32,000 nt of DNA from Candidatus Electronema aureum (GCA_004284765.1 NQJD01000001.1:199367-231366), one strand, 5' to 3'. Positions 6,365 to 16,539 are shown, counted from the first letter of the stretch. Notes: a model not told the origin generated them from the sequence alone. Made by a program: numbers and translations.

Positions 6365-9300
6365 TCAAGGAGATATTTCACCACAGGGCGTAACTGTTCC
6401 ATCCCTGCCGATGATAACAGAATTCCCCGTTGCTGTTTCAGCAAGCACCAGCTTGTCGCCCGGCTCTGCAAAGCCTTGGAAGCTGCCGTCTCGGTCATAG
6501 ACTGCGGCGCAGGAGGTGTTGCTTGTTGCGGTGTTTTCTGCTGCGTCGATGGTGAATGCCACTGGATATTGATTGCAGGTGCCGATAAACATTAGATTGC
6601 TGTCCTGATTAAAGCTCATGGCCCGGCCAAGATCATCGGATACGCCGCCGCCTTGGCGCAGCCATTCTGGTGTGCCGTCGGCGTGGTATTTGATCATGAA
6701 CAAATCACTCTCCCCGAAGCTGGTCAGGCTTTTAAAGACGGTATCTGCGTCATAAAAATCACAGGACTGGCGGAAGTCTCCGGCAACATAAACCTGTCCT
6801 GCATCATCCGCCGCAACAGCTCGGCCTGTGCAGTTGCTGGTGCCGTTTGCCTTCTGCGCCCAGCGGACATCACCGCTGTCCGCCCTGAATTCGGCAACGA
6901 AGAAGTTTGTTGCATCGCCGGTCGTCAGGGTGATGGGAGATGTGCCGCTGAAGGTGATTGAGTCCTCGTAATAACCGGTTGCCAGCACAGAATCCGCGCC
7001 TTTTGCTGCGACAGACAAGACACTGCCTGACCCGCCGTCAACCTGTTTGGCCCAGACCAAAGTTCCGTCCAACGTGTATTGAGCAATAAATGGATCCGTA
7101 TTGCCATCTATAGAATTCAAGGTGGTGGCCGATGCGCCGCTGCCCAAATTCAGGGTGCCGGTAAACATGCCGCCGATATGCAAACGGCCCGCCGCGCTGT
7201 CCACAGCCAGACTTTCTCCGTAGTCATCCCACTGTCCACCTGCCCGTTCCGCCCATGCCAGCGCACCGGCAGGAGTGTATTTGGCTACAAAAATGTCATG
7301 AGCGCAACCGGGTTCTCCGCTTAAAGTTTTAGCGACAGCAGTTCCATTGAAGAAATTCATTTCAGAATAATACGAGCCGCTGAGATAGAGATTGCCTGTC
7401 GTGTCTACTGCGGCCTTGGACTCGATAATACCATACTCGCTTGAGATGGCCTTTCGTGCCCAGAGTAACTCACCAGAAGCGGTGTACTTTGCAATGTAGA
7501 GCGCATGTTTTTCGGTAGGTGCAGTCAGGGTGACAGGTGCATCCGTTCCCAGCGTGATGCTGCTTTGGAAGGTACCCACCGCAAAAATATTTCCTGCGTC
7601 ATCACGGGCTAACGCTTGGACACCTGGAGGCAGCGCCCATGAATCGCAGTTGACCTTCTCTTGCACCGTGACATACACGCTTGCAGAGGAGGTGCCACGG
7701 CTTGGACTTTTCACCGTGTACGTCAAGGAGTCTGAGCCGGTGAAGCCGAAGTCCGGCGTATAGGTCAGCGTGTTGTCTCCGTTGATTAAAGCCGTGCCGT
7801 GGGCTGGGTCGCTGACGGCAATGACCTCCAACGTTTCGCCTGCTGGCGGATTGTCATTTGTCAGCACCGCAATGAGCACTGCAACGTTTTCTTTTGTGAC
7901 CGCCGCATCATCCACGGCCAGAGGCGTTTCCGCATTTGCATCAGCAATGGTGAAATATCCGTCGCTCAGGTCAGTGGTTGCCGGATCTGCGGAATGCGTC
8001 ACTCTGATTTGATAATCTCCGCCTTCGGAAAGATCGGCTGGGACATGCCAAGAATAGCTGTTGTCGGATGCGCTGACTGTTTGAACGGCTTGCTCAATGC
8101 TTCGATAAAAGTTGCCCGCCTTGAGCAGGTCAATATTCACCGTGCCGTTGAAACTGCTTTTCCAGATGATGTTTCGATTTGTGCCAAAACCGAAGACATC
8201 GCCATTGACCGGAGAGAGCACAGTCAAAGTTTCTGGCCATGTGATGCTGAAGCGGTCGCTGTCATCAAAGATTGAACTGTCTGCATTGCTGGTGATCTTG
8301 ATCCAGTAATGATCTTCCGGCTGAAGTTCCGGTACAGTCCAAGTATAAGAACCAGTGTTCGCCGCCGCCGTCGCAATGGTTTGATTGAAGCTGACGCTCT
8401 TATACAGATCAATCTTGACTGTGCCGCCAATATTGCTGGTCCATTGAATGGTCTGCTGTCTGTCGGACAGCCAAGACGTTGCGGCATTGGGTGTGAGCAC
8501 GGTCATGCTTTGATCAGCAGCAACCTGAATGCTGACCGAAGCCTGGTTGTTGCTTTCGTTGGCTTCCAGCACATTGTCGGCATAATCGGCATAGAAGATG
8601 ATATACTGCTGACCAACGGGCAGGTTTTTGGGAAGGGTCAGAGTTTGTGAAAAAGACTGGCTCTGGCCGGGCAGCAGGGAACCGAAATAATCTGTACTCA
8701 GCAGGATGTCTGCGCTGTCCCAAGCGGCATCAGCGGAGAGATAATAACCGATACGTGAGGCAGCCAAAGTGCCGGTGCCGCCGATGTTGGTCAGAGTTGC
8801 ATTGACGGTGACGCTTTGACCGGGAGCGACATTTCCCGGAGAAACCCTCGGATTGCTGACAGCCAGATCAGCGCCCGTTCTCACCTCAATGCGGACAGCC
8901 GCCGCATTGTTGCCTTCATTGGCCTCAGCAACAGTGTTTTGGTCATCTGCCCGGAAGATCAAGTGATAATCCCCGGAAGCCAAGTGTGCCGGAATGGTGA
9001 TTTCCTGTTCAACAAAGGCGTTGCGTCCGTCAATGATGCTGCTGAACTGTTGCCTATACAGCAGAGTGTCTGCCGCATCCCACGTGCTGCCGTTAGTGGA
9101 AAGATAACAGGCTAATGCGGATGCGTCTGCCGGGCCGCTGCCGATATTGGAAACTCTGGCCCGTGTCAATGTTGTTGCGCCCGGCCCAAGCTGGAAGGGT
9201 TTGGCTTCAGCAGTGTCAACGATCAGGTCAGCGGCACCTTTGTTATGGTTGCCGGGGCCGGGGCAAGTGGCTTTCAGGAGCCAATCCACCAGCCATTTGC

Positions 9301-10087
9301 CATAGAGATCTTCGCGCTGTTCAATGCTGATGTTCTGATTTGTGCTGAAACCAGCGTTGAAGTAAATATCAATATTGCCGTATCCGGCATGATAAATTTC
9401 ACTTTTTCCGATCAATCGGGTCAGGGCGGCATCTTTATAGATATTCACTGCCGTGCCGTTGACAAGGAGTCTGACTGTGCCGCTTGATTTCCAGAGCAGA
9501 TTGCCGGTTGTTGGCTGGATGCTGACATGGCCGACTGGCACAGCGTCAGCAGTTGTTTCTATTGTCAGGCGATAGGTGGCGTGGTATTTATTCTGCCAAT
9601 CTTGGGGGCTGACTCTGTATGTGCAATTTTGGAGAACTGGGGGATTTCCTTTGCCGTTTGTTGCGCCGAGTACGGTGAGGGTGAATTTGTCGGTTCCCAC
9701 GTAGCCGAGGGTATCGCCGACTTGGGCGGTGATGGTGACATCGCCCGGTGTGTTTGGGGCAGTGTAGGTGACGGTGCTGTAGTCGGGGTAGCTTGGGTGC
9801 AGGGTGAAGGTGCCTTGAGCAGCGTACCAATAGAAAAACGGCTCGCCGTTGTGTTTAGTATCTACTGTGGCGTAAGCGGTCAGGTCAACGGTTTCGCCGG
9901 GTTTGATTTTGTTGAGGCTTTCAATGCGTACTGACGGGACCTTTACGCCGGGAACGGGCATTTGCTGTTCGTAATTATTGCCTATCCTATCAGCCAGACT
10001 CTCATTTCCAAGAAGTAGTGCAATCAATACGGTAATGAGAGATATTGAAATTAACAAAAATTGTGTAGGATTTTTTCTATAATTCAT
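6365..10087 (-). CDS. large secreted/cell-surface protein with Ig-like, CARDB x2, Kre9/KNH-like beta-sandwich x2, cadherin-like and C-terminal beta-propeller (SBBP-type) repeats (1240 aa)
   Basis: ATG at 10087 gives MNYRKNPTQFLLISISLITVLIALLLGNESLA, a signal anchor. There are two CARDB-like segments (ADLIVDTAEAKP...EANEGNNAAAVRIEV and ADLAVSNPRVSPG...EANESNNQASVSIQV). There are two roughly 90-aa units (TVLTPNAATSW...IDLYK... and TVLSPVNGDVF...IDLLK...). A cadherin-like segment reads PLAVDDAAVTKENVAVLIAVLTNDN...LTYTPDFGFTGSDSLTYTV. Repeated D..GN.Y..G.F motifs (ARDDAGNIFAVGTF, VDTTGNLYLSGSY, ADDAGQVYVAGDF) are typical of SBBP propeller repeats. Confidence 0.85.
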   Translation of the reverse strand: MNYRKNPTQFLLISISLITVLIALLLGNESLADRIGNNYEQQMPVPGVKVPSVRIESLNKIKPGETVDLTAYATVDTKHNGEPFFYWYAAQGTFTLHPSYPDYSTVTYTAPNTPGDVTITAQVGDTLGYVGTDKFTLTVLGATNGKGNPPVLQNCTYRVSPQDWQNKYHATYRLTIETTADAVPVGHVSIQPTTGNLLWKSSGTVRLLVNGTAVNIYKDAALTRLIGKSEIYHAGYGNIDIYFNAGFSTNQNISIEQREDLYGKWLVDWLLKATCPGPGNHNKGAADLIVDTAEAKPFQLGPGATTLTRARVSNIGSGPADASALACYLSTNGSTWDAADTLLYRQQFSSIIDGRNAFVEQEITIPAHLASGDYHLIFRADDQNTVAEANEGNNAAAVRIEVRTGADLAVSNPRVSPGNVAPGQSVTVNATLTNIGGTGTLAASRIGYYLSADAAWDSADILLSTDYFGSLLPGQSQSFSQTLTLPKNLPVGQQYIIFYADYADNVLEANESNNQASVSIQVAADQSMTVLTPNAATSWLSDRQQTIQWTSNIGGTVKIDLYKSVSFNQTIATAAANTGSYTWTVPELQPEDHYWIKITSNADSSIFDDSDRFSITWPETLTVLSPVNGDVFGFGTNRNIIWKSSFNGTVNIDLLKAGNFYRSIEQAVQTVSASDNSYSWHVPADLSEGGDYQIRVTHSADPATTDLSDGYFTIADANAETPLAVDDAAVTKENVAVLIAVLTNDNPPAGETLEVIAVSDPAHGTALINGDNTLTYTPDFGFTGSDSLTYTVKSPSRGTSSASVYVTVQEKVNCDSWALPPGVQALARDDAGNIFAVGTFQSSITLGTDAPVTLTAPTEKHALYIAKYTASGELLWARKAISSEYGIIESKAAVDTTGNLYLSGSYYSEMNFFNGTAVAKTLSGEPGCAHDIFVAKYTPAGALAWAERAGGQWDDYGESLAVDSAAGRLHIGGMFTGTLNLGSGASATTLNSIDGNTDPFIAQYTLDGTLVWAKQVDGGSGSVLSVAAKGADSVLATGYYEDSITFSGTSPITLTTGDATNFFVAEFRADSGDVRWAQKANGTSNCTGRAVAADDAGQVYVAGDFRQSCDFYDADTVFKSLTSFGESDLFMIKYHADGTPEWLRQGGGVSDDLGRAMSFNQDSNLMFIGTCNQYPVAFTIDAAENTATSNTSCAAVYDRDGSFQGFAEPGDKLVLAETATGNSVIIGRDGTVTPCGEISP

Positions 10088-10137
10088 ATCTGTATCCCTA
10101 ATAGAAAGAAATAATCTGATAAAATTCCGAATAGATC

Positions 10138-12843
10138 TCAATGGGTTATCGACCGATAGAGTGTATAGGCATCATAAACGGCTTTCACTGTTTCTTGTCG
10201 TGAAGCAGGAATTTCTTTATTCATCTCATCTACTATATCGGAGACATTAGAGATAGATATGAACTTTAAACCATTATAAAATGGTTTAATTGTAAGCTGG
10301 TTGGCTTTGTCTATGTACCGATAAAACCAGTAGTATTCGATTGATCTATGTGCGACTGTTCCTGGGCCTGTCATAGCAATTCCAAGAGCAGGACCTGTAG
10401 AAACTGGTTCTAATGGAAAAAAGGTTAATACAACCATCTTGAGCATTTCAGCTCTACTTACAATTTTTCCCGGAAGAAATGGACCTGGTGAGTATCCCTC
10501 TGTTCCATCAGGATAGCCACTGACCGCGCCGTAACCGAATAGTTTCCCAATGTATTTTTCATACCACTCTTCTGTACCAATTATATCACCGAACTGTTCG
10601 GATAATTGCTGGTGTGTTGTAGGCTTCAGTACCAGCTTTATTCCGGCTGCTTCTGCTGCCTCTACTATTATCTTGGAAGCTTCAGCTCTGTTGAGATGAT
10701 CATGAGGTTTGAACGTCCCATCTGGATGACCTTGAATAATGCCTTTTTCGTATAAACTGGCTATTGCGTTGATGTACGGATTACGCTGATTAACATCAGG
10801 GAATATCTCTTTGTTAAGGCTGGATAGTAAGAAATTAGATGGAGCGATTTGAGAAGCTATTGATAGAAATAGAGGTTCCAACCTGAGTTCGTTCCCCTCT
10901 AACTCCTGATCATCTGGCCAAAAACTTATTCCACCAGTTGTTAATGCTGAGTTTATATAAGACTTGCGATCAGAATTATTCTCGAAGCCAGTTTCATGAG
11001 GCGAGTTGTATTCAAGTAAACTGTCGCTGCCTTCCTCAGAGTAAGCTCCACTCTTCATGCGGTCATGATGATAGTCCATAAAAAGCACATGAGTTGCATA
11101 CCCATCGCCCTCGTATTCGTTGTCACTATATCGAAATATTTTTATGGTTGAGTTGCCATTATCAAGCCCTTCCTCTTTCCATGGGGCATACATAGTTACT
11201 TGGTTTGATTGTGACTGTTGTACCAATTCGTCAAATGAATATCTTAAATCTAACAATTGTCCACTAATTGGTACCGGCCCATCGTTTAGGTATCCGTAAT
11301 GTCCACGAAAGAGTGGGTTGAAATCAAAAAGCTCACCAAGGTGCTGAACACCATCTTCTGCCACTCCCATTATAATATTACTCCAACCATCTGTTACATG
11401 GTTGTTTTCATTCCCGCCATTTGCATTAATAGCTCCAAAGAGTATCAGCTTACGTTTGTAATCATTTGGCATATCCTGATATTTTAAACTGATAATGGTA
11501 AGCCAAGGGTTTGGTGTTAAAGGTAAAACAGCATCTATTGACCAATTTCTGTTTAATGGGCTTAGAGTTCCTATTAAATATTCATATTCAGCGTTTTCTC
11601 TTATTTTAAAAACTGGTAATGTTATATTTTTCCCCTTTTCTTTGAATCCCATTTTTAACTCACTTATTTCTTTTCTGAAAAACATATCAAAATTATATGT
11701 TTCATTTATACGAAAAGATGTTTCGTTAAAAAATGGAGATGGCATTCCTTTAACCTTTATATTTCCATAAAAAAAATCTACAGAATCATCATTACTATTA
11801 TATATATCCATCTGTTTAATACCCAATTCTCCTACAAGATCGACATTTGCTACTCCAAAATTATTTGTAATATCTTCAAATACATTCCTACTTATTGCAG
11901 AATTGAATATAGCATCATAATTATCCCATTGAATATCGTTGGCACCTAATGTGTATAAATCTCTTCCAGCTATTGGATTTGTATTACCTGAAACCCATCC
12001 TGGAACAGCAGCAGGACTTCCATGATGAACTCCGTCCAAGAGAATTATCTTTTCTGCATAATCAGGGGAAAGCTTGTGTTCTTCAAAGGCAGACCTGACG
12101 AGAATGGTACCCATGCTATGCGCAACAAATATCGCACCATTTTTCTTTTTAAAGTGTTCTCTCAGCTCAGGGATTGCATTCTCAGAACGTAACATATTTT
12201 TCAATATTGCAGCATTGAACGTAACGTGCTTATAGCTTGGGTATTTATATACATATATTTTGAAGCGGCTTTTAAGGTTATGGTACTGTGTGAAAAATTC
12301 AATGAAGTTTTTCCAATATTCTTCAGGGCTCAACTCAACATCAGTTTGTGCGTACGGGTTAGCGGTGTCGTTGGCCCCTTGCCACCCATGTACCAATATT
12401 ATCGGAGTACGATCTCCCAATTTCTTGCCCGTCTCTGTCGGAAGAAGCTCCCCTTTTATTTTATCTGCTAACGTAGGGTGTTGATCTTTTAAGGAAAAAT
12501 AATAGTAATCTTCAGGTGAATACAGATAGTGAGTCTTGGTGTTGGATATATATTTGTATTCTCCAGTTTTTTCAATTCTTTCATATTCTTCTGGTGGCCA
12601 GTTGTTAAAAATTCTGTAGTCATCTACCTCGTTATATGTATCCTCCATAATCCATTTTGTCCCATAAATATTTGTACCATCGGGATCAATACTCCTAGTT
12701 GCTTCAAGGGTCATGTATGAGTAATAGCAGTTATTGTCTATGGTGGAGCGTTTGACACCGTCGCCAGCGTATAGAGCTTGGGGCATTAAACTGATGATGA
12801 AAGAAACAACGAAGAATCGAGCGACTGATTTGACTGAAAACAT
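10138..12843 (-). CDS. secreted alpha/beta-hydrolase (lipase/esterase-like) with C-terminal SLH domains (901 aa)
   Basis: ATG at 12843 gives MFSVKSVARFFVVSFIISLMPQALYA, a signal peptide. An oxyanion-type PIILVHGW and a nucleophile elbow FVAHSMGT (G/A-x-S-x-G) are present. The C-terminus has FPDVNQRNPYINAIASLYEKGIIQGHPDGTFKPHDHLNRAEASKII and a second ...GAVSGYPDG...VSRAEMLKMVV, which are S-layer-homology-like. The gene is very AT-rich; a hand-counted 60-nt sample at 11701 is 17/60 GC. Confidence 0.8.
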   Translation of the reverse strand: MFSVKSVARFFVVSFIISLMPQALYAGDGVKRSTIDNNCYYSYMTLEATRSIDPDGTNIYGTKWIMEDTYNEVDDYRIFNNWPPEEYERIEKTGEYKYISNTKTHYLYSPEDYYYFSLKDQHPTLADKIKGELLPTETGKKLGDRTPIILVHGWQGANDTANPYAQTDVELSPEEYWKNFIEFFTQYHNLKSRFKIYVYKYPSYKHVTFNAAILKNMLRSENAIPELREHFKKKNGAIFVAHSMGTILVRSAFEEHKLSPDYAEKIILLDGVHHGSPAAVPGWVSGNTNPIAGRDLYTLGANDIQWDNYDAIFNSAISRNVFEDITNNFGVANVDLVGELGIKQMDIYNSNDDSVDFFYGNIKVKGMPSPFFNETSFRINETYNFDMFFRKEISELKMGFKEKGKNITLPVFKIRENAEYEYLIGTLSPLNRNWSIDAVLPLTPNPWLTIISLKYQDMPNDYKRKLILFGAINANGGNENNHVTDGWSNIIMGVAEDGVQHLGELFDFNPLFRGHYGYLNDGPVPISGQLLDLRYSFDELVQQSQSNQVTMYAPWKEEGLDNGNSTIKIFRYSDNEYEGDGYATHVLFMDYHHDRMKSGAYSEEGSDSLLEYNSPHETGFENNSDRKSYINSALTTGGISFWPDDQELEGNELRLEPLFLSIASQIAPSNFLLSSLNKEIFPDVNQRNPYINAIASLYEKGIIQGHPDGTFKPHDHLNRAEASKIIVEAAEAAGIKLVLKPTTHQQLSEQFGDIIGTEEWYEKYIGKLFGYGAVSGYPDGTEGYSPGPFLPGKIVSRAEMLKMVVLTFFPLEPVSTGPALGIAMTGPGTVAHRSIEYYWFYRYIDKANQLTIKPFYNGLKFISISNVSDIVDEMNKEIPASRQETVKAVYDAYTLYRSITH

Positions 12844-12875
12844 GATATAACCTTTCGATATAGTAACGTCTTGAT

Positions 12876-13064
12876 TTAAAAACGAGATATTACGCACATC
12901 CTCGCCTGATGCTCCTGCGCAACAAAGCTCTTCGCAAAGGAATCCGGCTTCCCCTTCCCTCTGAGAAAATCCTGCTCAAACAGCGTCAGATCAACTGCCG
13001 CCCATGCACTGCTGAGAGACAAACAACCCAAAAGAAGAGATGCTGCCATTACGATGCGTTTCAT
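12876..13064 (-). CDS. small signal-peptide ORF (62 aa), possibly the 5' stub of a disrupted secreted-protein gene
   Basis: A strong GGAGGA RBS lies just upstream of the ATG at 13064. MKRIVMAASLLLGCLSLSSAWA is a Sec signal peptide. The last ~7 codons (MCVISRF*) cross into the AT-rich block that starts near 12895. Confidence 0.45.
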   Translation of the reverse strand: MKRIVMAASLLLGCLSLSSAWAAVDLTLFEQDFLRGKGKPDSFAKSFVAQEHQARMCVISRF

Positions 13065-13735
13065 GCTTTTCCTCCGTTATTTTAAATCTGCACAATGATG
13101 ATAAACTGCCAGCGACTTAGGAAAGGTGAAACAAGCCGCAGAGACGGGAAGGTGCCCCGTTTGATGCCGTGAAAAGAGAATGCTGATTTGCTCTGTTAAT
13201 CCTTTTGGTTAAGCAAAAACGCCGCTTCGCCCCTGCACAGCAGGACGCAAACATCTTGCCGAGAAATTGACGCAGACATCACCTGCCGCAATCAATCGTC
13301 CGGCGAGTAAAGACAGAAATTCAGCACCAAAGCAATCGGCCTGAAGATATTTTTGAACGGGAAATGCAAAGAATCGGCAGCCGAAAATCGGCCTGCCGGT
13401 AAGGTAGGAAATTGTACCCTGAGCGGGCACTTTTCTTGTGGAACTCATAACATATTTTCCGGTATTCAGAAGTGAAAGCAGGCAACCCGGCTGTCTCTCA
13501 AGAGAGACCCTTGGCTTTCCGACACCGCCTCGCGACGGCTGTGGCTTTATCAACTTTCCCATTCTGACCGGAAAGTTAAGGCACCTACTCAGGATAAGTA
13601 TTGCCATTTGTTATGATAGACCATCATAAAACTTCTGATTCACGCTTGTCAAGCATTTTTACAGAAAAAATTCTTCAGAAAAATTGATGCGCATCGCCTT
13701 GCTGAGAAGGAAGAGAAACTGCGAGGCATAACGTG

Positions 13736-13762
13736 CAAGGGCGACCATGATGATCGCCCTTG
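13736..13762 (-). terminator. hairpin downstream of clpB (weak terminator candidate, no U-tract)
   Basis: An 8-bp stem, AAGGGCGA / TCGCCCTT, with a 9-nt loop, lies about 20 nt after the clpB stop. It is not followed by a T-run on the minus strand, so its function is uncertain. Confidence 0.3.
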
Positions 13763-13782
13763 ACGAGTTACTTTTTTGCTTC

Positions 13783-16368
13783 TCACTTCCTAAACACCAG
13801 CCCCACCTCCCCCTTATCAATCACAACTCTGTCCCCCTCTCTGAACCTGCCTTCCAATATCTCCAAAGCCAGCGGGTCTTCAATCTGCCTTTGAATAGCC
13901 CGCTTGAGCGGCCGGGCACCGTAGGCGGGATCATAGCCAGCATCCACCAAGAAGAGCTTGGCCGCCTCGGTCAATTCAACAGAGAACTTGCGGTTGGCAA
14001 GACGTTTCGCCATTCTCGCAATCTGAATATCGACGATCTGCATCAAGTCCGCACGGGTCAGGCCGCTGAAGGTGATAATTTCATCAACCCGGTTGAGGAA
14101 TTCAGGCCGGAACTGCCGGTGCAGCAATTCATCCACCTGCCGCCGCATCAGTTCCTGGTTATTCTGGCCTAGCTCCATAATGATCTGACTGCCAAGATTG
14201 GAAGTCATGATGATGATCGTGTTCTTGAAGGAAACAGTGCGGCCTTTGCCGTCAGTCATGCGGCCATCATCGAGAGCTTGCAGCAGGACGTTGAAGACAT
14301 CCGGGTGGGCCTTTTCAATTTCATCCAAGAGCACGACAGAATAAGGCCGCCTGCGCACAGCTTCGGTCAGCATTCCGCCTTCATCGTAGCCGACATAGCC
14401 AGGAGGTGCGCCGATCAGCCGGGCCACGGAGTGCTTCTCCATGTATTCGCTCATGTCAATGCGGATCATGGCTTGCTCGGAATCAAAGAGGAAATCAGCC
14501 AGACTGCGGGCCAGCTCGGTTTTGCCGACACCGGTCGGGCCAAGGAAAATGAAGGAGCCGAGCGGCCTGTCCGGGTCTTGCAATCCGGCACGGGCGCGGC
14601 GCACCGCATTGGCAACCGAGACGATGGCCTCTTTCTGGCCGATCACGCGCCGGGCGAGCTGCTTTTCGGCCTGAACCAGCTTTTCCTTTTCGCCTTCCAG
14701 CAGCTTGTCCACCGGCACGCCCGTCCACTTAGCAACAACCGCCGCCACGTCCTCGGCACTGACCTCCTCCTTGAGCATGTGGTGATCCTGCTGCACCTCA
14801 GCCAGCCTGCGGTTTTCGGCCTCCATCTCCTTTTCCAAGGCGACAATCCGGCCATAGCGGATCTCCGCCACTTTGCTCAGATCACCGGCCCGCTCCGCCC
14901 GCTGTTCCTCGCTGCGGGCCTCGTCAATCTTGGTTTTAATCGCCCGGATGCGCTGGATGACATCCTTTTCCAGCTGCCACTGGCCTTTCATGCCATTGAG
15001 CTTGTCGTTCAGTTCGGCCAAGTCTTTTTTGAGCCGAGCAAGCTGCTCCTGCGAGGCCTTGTCCTTCTCCTTTTTCAACGCCTCCTGCTCGATCTCCATC
15101 TTGATCCGCTTGCGTTCCAGCTCGTCAATCTCGGTGGGCATGGAGTCAATCTCGATGCGCAGGCGCGACGCGGCTTCATCAATCAGATCAATGGCTTTGT
15201 CCGGCAAAAAACGGTCGCTGATGTAGCGGCTGGAGAGGACAACCGCCGCCACGGTGGCCGCATCCTGAATGCGCACGCCGTGATGGACCTCGTATTTTTC
15301 CTTGATGCCGCGCAGGATGGCGATGGTGTCCTCCTCGCTCGGCTCCTGCACCAAAACCGGCTGGAAGCGGCGTTCGAGGGCCGCGTCTTTCTCAATGTAT
15401 TTGCGGTATTCGTCGAGAGTGGTCGCGCCGACGCAGTGCAACTCGCCGCGAGCCAAGGCGGGCTTGAGCATGTTGGAGGCATCCATCGAGCCTTCCGCCG
15501 CGCCCGCGCCGACAAGGGTGTGAATCTCATCAATAAAGAGGATGATCTCCCCGGCTTTTTTCTCCACCTCTTTCAAAACCGCCTTGAGCCGGTCTTCAAA
15601 TTCGCCCCGGTATTTCGCGCCCGCGATGAGCAGGCCGAGATCAAGGGCCAGCACCTGCTTGCCGCGCAGCGAGGCCGGGATGTCGCCGTTGACGATGCGC
15701 TGCGCCAAACCCTCGACAATCGCGGTCTTGCCCACGCCCGGCTCGCCGATCAGCACCGGGTTGTTCTTGGTGCGGCGACTGAGAACCTGAATAATCCGGC
15801 GCACTTCTTCGTCGCGGCCAATGACCGGATCGAGCTTGCCGCGCCGCGCAACATCGGTGAGGTTGCGGGCGTATTTTTCGAGGGCTTGGTATTTGTCTTC
15901 CGGGTATTGGTCGGTCACGCGCTGGTTGCCGCGAATGCTGCTTAATGCTTGAAGAAAACCGGCGGCAGTGATGCCAAGCCGCTCCAGCATTTTCGCAGCG
16001 GCAAGGTGGCCGCTTTTGAGGATGGCGAGGAACAGGTGCTCCTGGCTGACGTATTCGTCCTGCATGGCCGAGGCTTCTTTGAACGCCTGATCAAGCAGCT
16101 TGCTGAAATTCTGAGACGGATACACTTGGCCCGCGCCGGAGCCGCTGACCTTGGGCAGCTTGTCAATGAGCTGCTGGGTTTCGCTGAGGACGGCGGCAGG
16201 GTTCGCGCCCATTTTTTGCAAAACCGGAACCGCAACGCCTTCCGGCTGCTCCAGCACCGCCTTAATCAGGTGCTCCGGCTGAATTTCCTGATTGCCGAAC
16301 TGCTCGGCCAAGCTGACGGTGGCCTGCACCGCTTCCTGCGATTTGACAGTGAATTTGTCGAGTTTCAT
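13783..16368 (-). CDS. clpB: ATP-dependent chaperone ClpB (861 aa)
   Basis: Full-length two-AAA+ architecture: an N-domain ([14 protein letters not shown]...), Walker [10 protein letters not shown] and GPTGVGKTE, a long coiled-coil middle domain and a C-terminal D2 small domain. The sequence is unmistakably Hsp104/ClpB. A GGAGG RBS is present. Confidence 0.97.
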   Translation of the reverse strand: MKLDKFTVKSQEAVQATVSLAEQFGNQEIQPEHLIKAVLEQPEGVAVPVLQKMGANPAAVLSETQQLIDKLPKVSGSGAGQVYPSQNFSKLLDQAFKEASAMQDEYVSQEHLFLAILKSGHLAAAKMLERLGITAAGFLQALSSIRGNQRVTDQYPEDKYQALEKYARNLTDVARRGKLDPVIGRDEEVRRIIQVLSRRTKNNPVLIGEPGVGKTAIVEGLAQRIVNGDIPASLRGKQVLALDLGLLIAGAKYRGEFEDRLKAVLKEVEKKAGEIILFIDEIHTLVGAGAAEGSMDASNMLKPALARGELHCVGATTLDEYRKYIEKDAALERRFQPVLVQEPSEEDTIAILRGIKEKYEVHHGVRIQDAATVAAVVLSSRYISDRFLPDKAIDLIDEAASRLRIEIDSMPTEIDELERKRIKMEIEQEALKKEKDKASQEQLARLKKDLAELNDKLNGMKGQWQLEKDVIQRIRAIKTKIDEARSEEQRAERAGDLSKVAEIRYGRIVALEKEMEAENRRLAEVQQDHHMLKEEVSAEDVAAVVAKWTGVPVDKLLEGEKEKLVQAEKQLARRVIGQKEAIVSVANAVRRARAGLQDPDRPLGSFIFLGPTGVGKTELARSLADFLFDSEQAMIRIDMSEYMEKHSVARLIGAPPGYVGYDEGGMLTEAVRRRPYSVVLLDEIEKAHPDVFNVLLQALDDGRMTDGKGRTVSFKNTIIIMTSNLGSQIIMELGQNNQELMRRQVDELLHRQFRPEFLNRVDEIITFSGLTRADLMQIVDIQIARMAKRLANRKFSVELTEAAKLFLVDAGYDPAYGARPLKRAIQRQIEDPLALEILEGRFREGDRVVIDKGEVGLVFRK

Positions 16369-16398
16369 AGCTTCCTCCGTGGGGTGGCTGTGCAGGAG

Positions 16399-16426
16399 AA
16401 AATAAGAATTTTTTGCAGGCTGTCAA
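16399..16426 (-). promoter_or_regulatory. putative sigma70-type promoter of clpB
   Basis: On the minus strand: TTGACA (complement of 16421-16426), a 16-nt spacer, then TATTTT (complement of 16399-16404). I recognised no clear sigma32 or CIRCE element. Pattern only. Confidence 0.3.
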
Positions 16427-16453
16427 TACGGGGAGGAATTGAGGATAAACTCA

Positions 16454-16483
16454 TTGCATTTCCATCAATATTCATTGTATGAT
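16454..16483 (+). promoter_or_regulatory. putative sigma70 promoter of cimA (divergent from clpB)
   Basis: TTGCAT (16454-16459), an 18-nt spacer, then TATGAT (16478-16483), about 55 nt upstream of the ATG at 16540. Pattern only. Confidence 0.3.
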
Positions 16484-16539
16484 CGTTGCTGCGGCATTGT
16501 TCAGCACGTTTTACTATCCTTATTCGCCGGAAAAATACC

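Noticed and set aside
13235-13251. GCACAG...GGACGCAAA, reminiscent of c-di-GMP-I (GEMM) riboswitch core motifs
   Set aside because: The two motifs are adjacent without the intervening P1a hairpin/tetraloop-receptor architecture. There is also no downstream + strand gene to regulate.
13209-13607. 132-aa minus-strand ORF and overlapping 63-aa plus-strand ORF in the clpB-proximal gap
   Set aside because: The sequences are implausible (C/R/G/F-rich, no RBS, no motif). I treat the region as non-coding.
14278-15945. 555-aa ORF on the + strand opposite clpB
   Set aside because: It lies entirely antisense to an unambiguous ClpB. The translation is an R/A/L/G-rich, low-information sequence typical of shadow ORFs in GC-rich coding DNA.
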